Assembly: GCA_963717145.1 (NCBI GenBank) | Contig: OY970325.1 | Location: forward strand, 2,432,001 to 2,496,000 | Direction: 5' to 3' | Origin: an uncultured Armatimonadetes bacterium | Lineage (GTDB): Bacteria > Armatimonadota > UBA5829 > DTJY01 | DNA length: 64,000 bases | Shown: piece after piece, positions 1-8,192 of the stretch | Numbering within the stretch: the first letter of the stretch is position 1 | Layout of the letters: each line of letters opens with the position of its first letter | Notes under the pieces: model-generated | Database searches by the model: none | The model's input: the letters and a program-made list of their open reading frames with translations, nothing else | Told to the model about the DNA's origin: nothing | Made by a program: the position numbers and the translations under genes

Positions 1-756
1 GAACCGGGACATGTGCATCGACGCGATCGCACAGGCGCTCAGGAACTCGGCGGCGAAGTCGCGCGAAGACACGGCGTCCATGCTGTTCTCGGCGACCTTG
101 GAGAAGCCGAGCAGTTCGGCGACTCGCTGAGGGTCGAGCGGGAACGAGGTTCCGGCCATCGCGCCTGCTCCGAGCGGGAGGATGTCGGTCCGCCGGAAGC
201 AGTCGGCGAAGCGCTCCCGGTCGCGCTGGAACATCCACACGTATGCGAGCAGATGGTGTGCCAGCGGGATCGGCTGGGCGTGCTGAAGGTGCGTGTAGCC
301 CGGCATGATGTCGTCGAGATGCTCTTGGGCGGTCTCGACGAGGGTCTGCTGCACGCTCTGGAGTGCAGCATCGAGGGCCTTGATCTGCGCCTTGACGTAC
401 ATGCGCAGGTCGAGGGCCACCTGATCGTTCCGGCTGCGGGCGGTGTGAAGCTTGCCGGCGACGTCACCGATCCGCTCGGTGAGGAGCTTCTCGACGTTCA
501 TGTGGATGTCCTCCGCCGAAACGTCGAACTCGACCTCCCCGGCGCGGATGTCCATCTCGATCGCCTTCAGTCCGTCCACGATGGTCTGCGCATCCTCGGT
601 GGGGATGATGCCGCGCTCACCGAGCATGGTGGCGTGCGCGATACTCCCCTCGATGTCGAACTCCCAGAGCCTGGAGTCGAACCCGATGGATGCGTTGAAC
701 CGATCGACATCCTTCGACGTGGCCTTGCTGAACCGGCCACCCCACAGCTTGGACAT
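1..756 (-). CDS. argH: argininosuccinate lyase, 3' end runs off the window
   Basis: Manual translation from ATG 756: MSKLWGGRFSKATSKDVDRFNASIGFDSRLWEFDIEGSIAHATML; follows argG; absent from the ORF track because there is no stop in the window. Confidence 0.95.
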   Translation of the reverse strand, partial: MSKLWGGRFSKATSKDVDRFNASIGFDSRLWEFDIEGSIAHATMLGERGIIPTEDAQTIVDGLKAIEMDIRAGEVEFDVSAEDIHMNVEKLLTERIGDVAGKLHTARSRNDQVALDLRMYVKAQIKALDAALQSVQQTLVETAQEHLDDIMPGYTHLQHAQPIPLAHHLLAYVWMFQRDRERFADCFRRTDILPLGAGAMAGTSFPLDPQRVAELLGFSKVAENSMDAVSSRDFAAEFLSACAIASMHMSRF

Positions 757-772
757 GGCTTACCTCGCGTAT

Positions 773-875
773 CCCGTAGTGGCCGTGCCTCCGTGCCGGC
801 CTGCACCGGTCGCTGCAGTGCCACTATCCCAAACAAGATCGGTACAGGCCGGCACGGAGGCACGGCCACTACGGG
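773..875. repeat. GTAG-tagged REP-like inverted pair (family A)
   Basis: GTAGTGGCCGTGCCTCCGTGCCGGCC ... GGCCGGCACGGAGGCACGGCCACTAC; same arms at 11234-11298 and 56908-56998. Confidence 0.9.
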
Positions 876-878
876 TGG

Positions 879-2069
879 TCATCCTTTCTTCATCAGCGAC
901 CAGTACATCCGTGACTGGAGGCCGTGGATCTTGACGGCCCCGGTCATCTCGCTCTGATCGAACGTCTTAGTATCGAACGACGCCAGGTCCTCGGAGTAGA
1001 GCGCGTACTTGCTGCTCCGTCCCTCGACCTTCGCCGATCCCTTGAAGAGCTGCATCCGGACCGTGCCGGTCACCCGCTCCTGAATCTTGTCGATGAACGC
1101 CTCGAGGTCGTCCTTGAGCGGGTCGAACCAGAGGCCTGCGTATGCCAGCTCGCCCCACTTCTGGTCGACCATCGTCTTGAACTGCCGCTCGTCCTTCGTG
1201 CAGACGAGGCCTTCGAGCGCCTTGTGAGCCATGATGAGGATCACCGCGGCCGGGCACTCGTAGTTCTCGCGCACCTTGAGCCCGAGCATCCGGTCCTCCA
1301 TGACATCGACTCGCCCGACACCGTTCCGACCGGCGATCTCATGCGCCGCCTTGACGAGTTCGACCGGACCCATCGCCCTGCCGTTGATAGCGACCGGGAC
1401 GCCCTTCTCGAAGGCGATCTCGACGGTCTCCGGCTCATTCCGGCTGTCCTGAATGCTTTTCGTCCACTGGAAGATCTCCTCCGGCGGCGTGTAGTTCGGC
1501 TCTTCGAGCCGTCCGCCCTCGATCGAGCGGCCCCACAGGTTCTCGTCGATGCTCCAGATCTTCTCGACCGTCTGCGCGATCGGGACGCCGTGCTCCCTGG
1601 CGTAGTCGATCTCCTCCGTGCGGGTGTAGTTGTGCTCCCGCATCGGTGCGATGATCGGCAGGTCGGGGCACATGGTGCGCCATACGAACTCGATTCTGAA
1701 CTGGTCGTTCCCCTTGCCGGTGCATCCGTGGCAGAACGCATCCGCGCCGACCTTCTTGGCGATCTCGGCGCTCTTCAGCGGCAATCAGCGGCCGGGCGAT
1801 GGAGGTGCTGATCGGATAGCCCTGGTAGTCGCCGTTCGCCTTGACCGCCGGGAAGCAGTAGTCCGTCACGAACTCGTCTTTGGCGTCGATGGTGTAGTGC
1901 TCGGTGCCGAGGGCGTCGCCCGCTCCTCCGCCTGCTTGATGTCCTCCTCGGGCTGACCGACGTCCACCGTGACGGTGACGATATGATCGAATCCGTAGTC
2001 CTCCTTCATCATCGGTATGCAGACGGACGTGTCGAGTCCCCCGGAATATGCGAGTACGACTTTCTTCAT
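879..2069 (-). CDS. argG: argininosuccinate synthase, with two compensating indels near 1916 and 1780 (probably sequencing errors)
   Basis: [28 protein letters not shown] and [10 protein letters not shown] motifs spread over three ORF pieces. Confidence 0.93.
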
Positions 2070-2082
2070 AGCTCCCCTCCCA

Positions 2083-2118
2083 GAATGGTTAATGGCTGAT
2101 GGTTGATGGTTGATGGCA
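2083..2118. repeat. heptamer tandem array (ATGGTTG-like)
   Basis: gaatggttaatggctgatggttgatggttgatggc between argF and argG. Confidence 0.75.
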
Positions 2119-2147
2119 GACCGGCTCCCATCGAACCATGCTCTTCG

Positions 2148-3587
2148 CTACATCACCAGTGCCATGACCGCCTTCTGGGCGTGCAGGCGGTTCTCAGCCT
2201 CGTCGAAGACGACCGACTGCGGGCCGTCGATCACCTCGTCGGTGATCTCCTCGCCCCTGTGCGCGGGCAGGCAGTGCAGGACGATGCTGTCGGCCTTCGA
2301 CACGTCCACGAGCGCCTGGTTGACCTGGTATGGCCGGAAGATCGGGAGGCGCACCTCGCTCTCGGCCTCCTGGCCCATGCTCGTCCAGACATCGGTGTAT
2401 ATCGCGTCGGCGTCCCGGGCGGCTTCCATCGGATCGGTCGTGATGGTGATCGTCGCGCCGTTCTCGTCCGCCTCGCGCTTGGCTGCCGTGTGGATCACCG
2501 TGTCGGGCTCGTATCCCTCTGGGCAGCCGACCGCGAAGTTCGCGCCGAGTTTCGCCGCGAGTAGCATCAGGCTGTGGCACGTGTTGCTGCTGCCGTCGCC
2601 GATGTACGCGACCTTGAGGCCCTTGGGATCGCCCTTCTTTTCGTATATTGTGAGGAAATCGGCCAGCGCCTGGCAAGGGTGCTCCAGGTCGGAGAGGCCG
2701 TTGATCACCGGTATGTTCGCGTATTTCGCGAGATCGACGACGGTCTGGTGCGAGAACACCCGCGCCATGATGCCCTGCACCATGCGCTCGAAGTTCCGAG
2801 CCGCGTCGGGAACGCTTTCCCGAGTGCCGAGCGCGATGTCGGACGGCTGGATGTAGATCGCATGTCCGCCGAGCTGAGTCATCCCCGTCTCGAAGGTCAC
2901 CCTGGTCCGCAGCGATGGCTTCTCGAAGATCATCGCGAGCGTCTTGCCGGGCAAGATCGGATGATCGACCTGGTACTGCAGCGTTCGGCCTTTGAGCAAT
3001 CCGGCAACCTGGAAGATGGCGTATACTTCGTCCCTGGTAAGGTCGCGGATGGAAAGTAGATCGCGGCCCCGCAGAGCATCGGTCGCTACGGTCGTTACAT
3101 CTGCATGCTTTGTTTCCATCGTGTACTCTCCTTCGCCGACCGCTTTCCTGGCTGTGCCAAGATCGATACCGGCTTCCACCAGTGCTTTTCCAGCTTCGCC
3201 TCTCCCAACCCGCAGGAGTCCGAGGAGCAGGTGCTCAGTGCCTATGCAGTCACAACTCAAGCGGCGGGCCTCGTCGTAAGCCATGTCAATCACCTGTTTA
3301 CCGCGCCGACTGAGCATCCTCTCCTGACGCTCTTTCCCATCACCCAGGCGCAGGCGCCTCCACATCTCGTCCCTGAGATCCCCGGGATCGACCTCGTTCT
3401 GTTCGAGGATACGCCATGCAACCGAGTCCGGCATGTGCAGCAGTCCGAGCAGCAGGTGCTCCGTCCCAACAATGGTAGAGCGAACCAAGTCCGCCTCCTC
3501 GTCGGCGTAAATAACGGCTCGTCGTGCCTTCTCTGTAAGTCTCTGCCACATGGTTCGTCGTGCCTTCTCTGTAAGCCTCTGCCACAT
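2148..3587 (-). CDS. argF: ornithine carbamoyltransferase with an in-frame N-terminal Clp repeat (Clp_N) domain; internal start at 3119 likely
   Basis: OTC motifs FEKPSLRTRVTF, HPCQALAD, YTDVWTSMGQE, HCLP, EAENRLH; N-terminal two GTEHLLLGLL Clp repeats; ATG 3587 preceded by GGGAG. Confidence 0.9.
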   Translation of the reverse strand: MWQRLTEKARRTMWQRLTEKARRAVIYADEEADLVRSTIVGTEHLLLGLLHMPDSVAWRILEQNEVDPGDLRDEMWRRLRLGDGKERQERMLSRRGKQVIDMAYDEARRLSCDCIGTEHLLLGLLRVGRGEAGKALVEAGIDLGTARKAVGEGEYTMETKHADVTTVATDALRGRDLLSIRDLTRDEVYAIFQVAGLLKGRTLQYQVDHPILPGKTLAMIFEKPSLRTRVTFETGMTQLGGHAIYIQPSDIALGTRESVPDAARNFERMVQGIMARVFSHQTVVDLAKYANIPVINGLSDLEHPCQALADFLTIYEKKGDPKGLKVAYIGDGSSNTCHSLMLLAAKLGANFAVGCPEGYEPDTVIHTAAKREADENGATITITTDPMEAARDADAIYTDVWTSMGQEAESEVRLPIFRPYQVNQALVDVSKADSIVLHCLPAHRGEEITDEVIDGPQSVVFDEAENRLHAQKAVMALVM

Positions 3588-3590
3588 GGT
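3519..3590. repeat. 36-bp direct tandem duplication encoding TMWQRLTEKARR
   Basis: 3519-3554 and 3555-3590 are identical except for one synonymous site (3540 vs 3576). Confidence 0.95.
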
Positions 3591-3602
3591 ATTCACTCCC
3601 CA

Positions 3603-3688
3603 GAATGGTCAATGGGGAATGGTTGATGGTTGATGACAACCAGTCACCCATCCCCCATGAACCATAAACCATCGACCATTTCCCATCC
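3603..3688. repeat. inverted heptamer arrays (ATGGTTG / CAACCAT-like)
   Basis: aatggtc-aatgggg-aatggttg-atggttg followed by complementary accat-containing heptamers. Confidence 0.75.
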
Positions 3689-3690
3689 GG

Positions 3691-4185
3691 CTACGTCGTC
3701 GGCATGCATGCCGCGCCGGCGCCGCTGCCGTTAGACTGGCCGAACGGGAGGCGGCCTGCCTGCAGATTGCGAAGCTGGCTCAGGATCGCGCTCGGATCGG
3801 CGCCCAGCCGGTTGAGCACGCCGGCTGCAAGTCCGCCGGTCTCTCGTGACAGGCCGAGGAGCAGATGCTCGGTGCCTATCCATTCGTCACTAAGCCGTCT
3901 GCCCTCAGCAAATGCGTGGTCAATGACCTGCTTCGCATCGACAGTCAACTGAATGTCGTCGCCAAGGTGGTCGCAGCCACGGGACACAGATTTCATCAGC
4001 TCCGACTTAACCGTGCCGAGGTCGATGCCAAGACGCTCGAGCAGACTCGCGGCAACACAGTCGTCCTCGCGGATGAGCGCAAGGAGCAGGTGTTCCGGCC
4101 CAACGTGATTGTAGCCCAGCTTTTCGGCTTCCTGCTGGGCCAGGAAGATCGCCTTCCTGGCATGCTGAGTGAGTTGTCTCCACAT
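3691..4185 (-). CDS. stand-alone Clp N-terminal (Clp_N repeat) domain protein, 164 aa, no AAA+ module
   Basis: MWRQLTQHARKAIFLAQQEA, GPEHLLLAL, GTEHLLLGL; RBS CAGGAGG before ATG 4185. Confidence 0.9.
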   Translation of the reverse strand: MWRQLTQHARKAIFLAQQEAEKLGYNHVGPEHLLLALIREDDCVAASLLERLGIDLGTVKSELMKSVSRGCDHLGDDIQLTVDAKQVIDHAFAEGRRLSDEWIGTEHLLLGLSRETGGLAAGVLNRLGADPSAILSQLRNLQAGRLPFGQSNGSGAGAACMPTT

Positions 4186-4201
4186 ACTAATGCCTCCTGG
4201 T

Positions 4202-4233
4202 AAACTCGAAATTCGAAACTCGAAATCCGAAAT
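4202..4233. repeat. heptamer tandem array (TCGAAAY-like)
   Basis: aaactcgaaattcgaaactcgaaatccgaaat between argD and the Clp_N gene. Confidence 0.75.
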
Positions 4234-5444
4234 CAGTCCAAGACTCCATTCACAATCCGGACGGCAGTGTCCACGTCTTCTCTGGTCACAATTAGCGGCG
4301 GGAGGAATCGGATGATGCTCGCACCGATCGCATTCACGATGAGCCCATCCCTCAGACACCTCGCAGCAATCTCCGAGGCATCGCTTCGGTTCGTCTCCAT
4401 GGCCACCATCAAACCGACTCCCCTGATCTCCTTGATATCGTCTCGCTTGTCCTTTAGACGCATGAGCGCGTCGCGAAAGTATGCGCCCACTTCGGCGGCA
4501 TTATCCACGAGGCGCTCGTCCTCGATGGCCTGCAGGGTCGCGAGTGCAGCCGCACACGCCAGCGGATTCCCTCCAAACGTCGAGGCGTGATTCCCCGGTT
4601 CGAATGCCGACGCGACTTTGTCGGTCGCGAGGCATGCGCCTATCGGAAATCCACCGCCGAGTGTCTTCGCCAGGCTCATGATGTCCGGCTTGATCCCATA
4701 GTGCTCGAAGCCGAACCACTTGCCGGTGCGTCCGAGACCTGTCTGCACCTCGTCAAGTATCAGCAGCAGGCCCCGGGCATCGCAGATCTGCCGGATCGAT
4801 CTCAGGTACTCCGTCGAGGCCGGATGCACCCCACTCTCACCCTGGATCGGCTCGAGCATAATCGCGCACGTGCTCGGACCGATCGCGGCTTCGAGCGCGG
4901 GGAGATCGTTGTAAGGCACGTACTTGAAGCCCGGCATCAGGGGCTCGAAATCCTTGTGATATTTCGGCTGGCCGGTAGCGGTCACCGTCGCGAGCGTTCG
5001 TCCATGGAACGACGCCTCCGCGGTGATGATCTCGAACCGCTCGGGGCCGTGGTGGAGCTTCGACCACTTGCGCGCGAGCTTGATGGCGGCTTCGTTCGCC
5101 TCGGCGCCGCTGTTGCAGAAGAACGCCTTGCCCATGCCGGACAGCCCGACCAGTTTCTTCGCGAGGGTCGGCCCCTGGGGCGTGAAGTAGAGGTTGCAGA
5201 CGTGCATCAGAGTGCCCGCCTGCTCCTGAATAGCGCCGACTACCGCCGGATGAGCGTGGCCCAAGCCGTTCACTGCGATCCCGGCGAGGAAGTCGAGGTA
5301 CTCCCTGCCCTCGGAGTCCCAGACCTTCATCCCCCGGCCTCGGACGAGCACCACCGGCTGACGTCCGTAGGTGTGCATGATGTAATCCGAATCCATCTGC
5401 ATCACCGTCTGTGTGTCAACCTCGGGTTTCGATATCACCGCCAT
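4233..5444 (-). CDS. argD: acetylornithine aminotransferase
   Basis: DFLAGIAVNGLGH, NSGAEANEAAIK, SFHGRT, DEVQTG, AKTLGGG; arg operon context. Confidence 0.95.
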   Translation of the reverse strand: MAVISKPEVDTQTVMQMDSDYIMHTYGRQPVVLVRGRGMKVWDSEGREYLDFLAGIAVNGLGHAHPAVVGAIQEQAGTLMHVCNLYFTPQGPTLAKKLVGLSGMGKAFFCNSGAEANEAAIKLARKWSKLHHGPERFEIITAEASFHGRTLATVTATGQPKYHKDFEPLMPGFKYVPYNDLPALEAAIGPSTCAIMLEPIQGESGVHPASTEYLRSIRQICDARGLLLILDEVQTGLGRTGKWFGFEHYGIKPDIMSLAKTLGGGFPIGACLATDKVASAFEPGNHASTFGGNPLACAAALATLQAIEDERLVDNAAEVGAYFRDALMRLKDKRDDIKEIRGVGLMVAMETNRSDASEIAARCLRDGLIVNAIGASIIRFLPPLIVTREDVDTAVRIVNGVLD

Positions 5445-5469
5445 TTGTCCTCTCCTGCCAGATCATCGT

Positions 5470-5538
5470 GTGGGGGCGAACCATTGGCTGCCGGTGGCCA
5501 CCTCGTTGCACGTTCGGTAGCCAATGCTTCGCCCCTAC
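5470..5538. repeat. GTAG-type REP-like inverted pair (family D)
   Basis: GTGGGGGCGAACCATTGGCTG ... TAGCCAATGCTTCGCCCCTAC; sister copy at 19738-19807. Confidence 0.85.
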
Positions 5539-5630
5539 AGCATAGAAACGAAAAGAGACAGAGTCGTGCCTCTGCCTCTACAGTACGCTGAATCGCCGTA
5601 TTCCATTGTCATGCAGATCGGCTTTTTCAT
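5535..5630 (-). CDS. candidate 31-aa leader peptide MKKPICMTMEYGDSAYCRGRGTTLSLFVSML
   Basis: Lies between the internal promoter and argD; its only two Arg codons (AGA) fall in the terminator 5' arm; RBS is weak. Confidence 0.35.
   Translation of the reverse strand: MKKPICMTMEYGDSAYCRGRGTTLSLFVSML
5546..5579 (-). terminator. intrinsic terminator/attenuator upstream of argD
   Basis: AGAGGCAGAG-GCACGA-CUCUGUCUCU, a 10-bp stem with one G-U pair, followed by UUUCGUUU. Confidence 0.75.
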
Positions 5631-5662
5631 GTCCATCCGCCCTGACACTTGGTTGTTGATCT

Positions 5663-5691
5663 ATTCTACAGACCCCACGAGAAAATGTCAA
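5663..5691 (-). promoter_or_regulatory. sigma70-type internal promoter for argD onward
   Basis: TTGACA-17 nt-TAGAAT. Confidence 0.75.
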
Positions 5692-5696
5692 CCATT

Positions 5697-5778
5697 TGGA
5701 GTGCGGTGGCTCGACACCGCTTTGTTCTTCGGCGGCTTGACGCCGTCCGCGAAAGCGGTGTCGAGCCACCGCACTCCA
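5697..5778. repeat. GGAG-tagged REP-like inverted pair (family B)
   Basis: 27-nt perfect inverted arms TGGAGTGCGGTGGCTCGACACCGCTTT; single hairpin copy at 9234-9263. Confidence 0.9.
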
Positions 5779-5780
5779 GA

Positions 5781-6638
5781 TCATGCAATCATGGTGCCGA
5801 TGCCCTTGTCCGTGAACACCTCGATCAGAAGCGCATGAGGGATCGTGCCGTCGATGATGTGCGCCCGCTCGACCCCGCCGTCACGCGCCGTGACGCACGC
5901 CTCGACCTTCGGGATCATGCCCGAATCAACCGCGCCCGACCGGATCAGGCCGTGCGCCTGCTTGACGGTGAGCTGCGAAATCAGGCTCGACTTGTCGCTG
6001 AAATCCTTATAGATGCCGAGAACGTCGGTCAGCACAATCAGTTTTGACGCGACGAGAGCCGCCGCGAGTTTCCCCGCCGCGTGATCGGCATTGATGTTGT
6101 ACGTCTTACCGTCGCGACCGACCGCCACGGATGAGATAACGGGGATGTATCCCTCCCGGATCAGGGTCTGGATGAGGTCGGTGTTGATCTCCACCACGTC
6201 TCCTACGAATCCGAGATCGCCGCCCTCCGAGACCATCTTCTCCGCGACGAAAAGGTCGCCGTCCTTGCCGCTCAACCCGACGGCCTTACCGCCCTGCCGA
6301 TTGATCAGCGCCACGATGCCTTTGTTCGTCTTGCCGGTCAGGACCATCTCGACGATCTCCATCGTCTCCTCGTCGGTGACGCGCAGACCGCCAACAAAGG
6401 CGGGCTCCTTGCCGACCTTCTTCATCATCTCGCTGATCTCCGGCCCGCCGCCGTGAACGAGCACAGGCTGCATGCCGACATAGCGCATGAGCACGATATC
6501 GCGCATAACGCTTTCCTTGAGTTCGGGGTTGACCATGGCGTTGCCACCGTACTTGATGACGATGGTCTGCCCGGAGTACCGCCGTATGTATGGCAGCGCC
6601 TGAACCAGTATCTTGGCGTCCTCGATTGCCTTTTCCAC
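5781..6638 (-). CDS. argB: acetylglutamate kinase
   Basis: QALPYI, VIKYGGNAM, VHGGGPEI, GLRVTD, NINAD, GMIPK; GTG start after GGGAGG. Confidence 0.95.
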   Translation of the reverse strand: MEKAIEDAKILVQALPYIRRYSGQTIVIKYGGNAMVNPELKESVMRDIVLMRYVGMQPVLVHGGGPEISEMMKKVGKEPAFVGGLRVTDEETMEIVEMVLTGKTNKGIVALINRQGGKAVGLSGKDGDLFVAEKMVSEGGDLGFVGDVVEINTDLIQTLIREGYIPVISSVAVGRDGKTYNINADHAAGKLAAALVASKLIVLTDVLGIYKDFSDKSSLISQLTVKQAHGLIRSGAVDSGMIPKVEACVTARDGGVERAHIIDGTIPHALLIEVFTDKGIGTMIA

Positions 6639-6652
6639 TAGAACCTCCCGGA

Positions 6653-6762
6653 GAACACAGATGACACAGATGGCAGATGATGGAACAGATGGAAGGGGAA
6701 CTGGGATTTCAACACCCATGAACTATCCTTATCATCCCTCTCCATCCGTGTCATCTGTGTTC
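6653..6762. repeat. inverted nonamer-type array (ACACAGATG)
   Basis: gaacacagatgacacagatgg ... ccatccgtgtcatctgtgttc, 21-nt arms with 1 mismatch. Confidence 0.75.
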
Positions 6763-6769
6763 TTTTGCC

Positions 6770-7975
6770 TTACGTATGGTACTCCGCGTTGATGCGGATG
6801 TAGTCGTATGAGAAATCGCAGGTCCAGACGGTCGCGGATCCCTGCCCACTTCCGATTCTGAGCAGGACGGCGACCTCCCGATTGGTCAGGTATTCGTGTG
6901 CCTGCTGCTCCGAAAAGTCCGTCGGCTCGCCGTTCTCGATGAGCGCGATCGGCCCGAAGCTGAGCTTCACGTCGGCCGGATCGAAGTCGACGCCTGCCCT
7001 TCCGGCGGCGGCTAGCACCCTGCCCCAGTTCGGATCCTTGCCGAACATGGCCGTCTTCACGAGGGGCGAGTTGGCGATCGTCTTGGCCACCGACCGAGCA
7101 TCCTCGAAGGAACGAGCGCCTTCGACCTTGATCTCGATAAACTTCGTCGCCCCTTCGCCGTCCGATGCGATCTGTTTGGCCAGCGACGTGGTGACGAAGT
7201 CGAGCGCCTCCTGGAAGGCATCGAGTTCGGCGGTCCCCTGCCCAAACTGCGGGTAGCCGGCTGCTCCGTTCGCCAGGATGATGACGCTGTCGTTCGTGCT
7301 GCTGTCACCATCGACGGTCAGGCAGTTGAACGACGTCTCGACCGACTTCGACAGGCACGACTGCAGCAGGTCGGGCGCGAGGGCGGCATCCGTCGTGATG
7401 AACGCGAGCATCGTCGCCATGTTCGGGCAGATCATGCCCGCGCCCTTGGCGATCCCGCCGATGCGGATGACCTTCCCCCCGAGAGTGAATTCGACGCAAG
7501 CCGTCTTGGGCCGAGTATCGGTGGTCATGATCGCACGAGCGGCGAGTGGGCCGCCCCCGTCGCTCAGAGTCTCGCGTGCCTGCTTGATTCCGGCCAGAAT
7601 CTTGTCCATCGGAAGCCGTTTGCCGATGATACCCGTCGATGCGACGAGAACATCCTCCTCAGTCACCTCGAGGAGCCCGGCAGCCTCATTCGCCGTCCGC
7701 AATGCATCCTGGTGGCCGGCCTCTCCCGTGCAGGCATTCGCATTCCCGCTGTTGACGACGATCGCCCGCGCGGTCGCCCTGGGAAGCCTGAGAGAGTCGA
7801 TCTGCACCGACGCGGCCTTGACCACGTTCGTCGTAAAGACGCCCGCCGCCGATGCCTGGCGCTCCGAAACGATGAGCGCGAGGTCCTCTCCCTGCTCCTT
7901 GATCCCGGCTCGGACTCCCGACGCCAGGAATCCCGCGGGCGCGGTGACTGTACCTTCTATCTCTTTGAAACTCAT
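6770..7975 (-). CDS. argJ: ornithine acetyltransferase / N-acetylglutamate synthase
   Basis: NSGNANACTG, ASTGIIG, IMTTDT, KGAGMICPNMATML, DGEGATK, YIRINAEYHT. Confidence 0.96.
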   Translation of the reverse strand: MSFKEIEGTVTAPAGFLASGVRAGIKEQGEDLALIVSERQASAAGVFTTNVVKAASVQIDSLRLPRATARAIVVNSGNANACTGEAGHQDALRTANEAAGLLEVTEEDVLVASTGIIGKRLPMDKILAGIKQARETLSDGGGPLAARAIMTTDTRPKTACVEFTLGGKVIRIGGIAKGAGMICPNMATMLAFITTDAALAPDLLQSCLSKSVETSFNCLTVDGDSSTNDSVIILANGAAGYPQFGQGTAELDAFQEALDFVTTSLAKQIASDGEGATKFIEIKVEGARSFEDARSVAKTIANSPLVKTAMFGKDPNWGRVLAAAGRAGVDFDPADVKLSFGPIALIENGEPTDFSEQQAHEYLTNREVAVLLRIGSGQGSATVWTCDFSYDYIRINAEYHT

Positions 7976-8001
7976 AGCGGTGTCCTCTGGTTTTCGCCAC
8001 G

Positions 8002-8031
8002 ATGATAGCATTACGGGCAACCGTTTGGCAA
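8002..8031 (-). promoter_or_regulatory. candidate sigma70 promoter of the arg operon
   Basis: TTGCCA-18 nt-TATCAT with extended TG. Confidence 0.5.
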
Positions 8032-8037
8032 ACCTTT

Positions 8038-8122
8038 GGAGTGCGGAAGCGGGAGGGCGAGGCTCCGTCCGAGCCGGGATACATGGCTCGGACGGAGCCT
8101 CGCCCTCCCGCTTCCGCACTCC
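8038..8122. repeat. 38-bp perfect inverted repeat, composite REP (family C core inside family B ends)
   Basis: GGAGTGCGGAAGCGGGAGGGCGAGGCTCCGTCCGAGCC, 9-nt loop, then the exact reverse complement. Confidence 0.92.
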
Positions 8123-8192
8123 GAAACACAAAAGGCCGGAGCAAGATGCCCCGGCCCGGAAAAGTGACGAGTGATGGCTATCCGAGCGCGGT

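Noticed and set aside
1775-1920. argG as a split gene or pseudogene
   Set aside because: Two compensating single-base indels restore a full-length, motif-complete protein.
6639-8131. N-terminal extensions on ArgB and ArgJ (also S8, L4 and Map) in the ORF track
   Set aside because: They are translations of intergenic repeats; better starts with an RBS or matching homology lie downstream.
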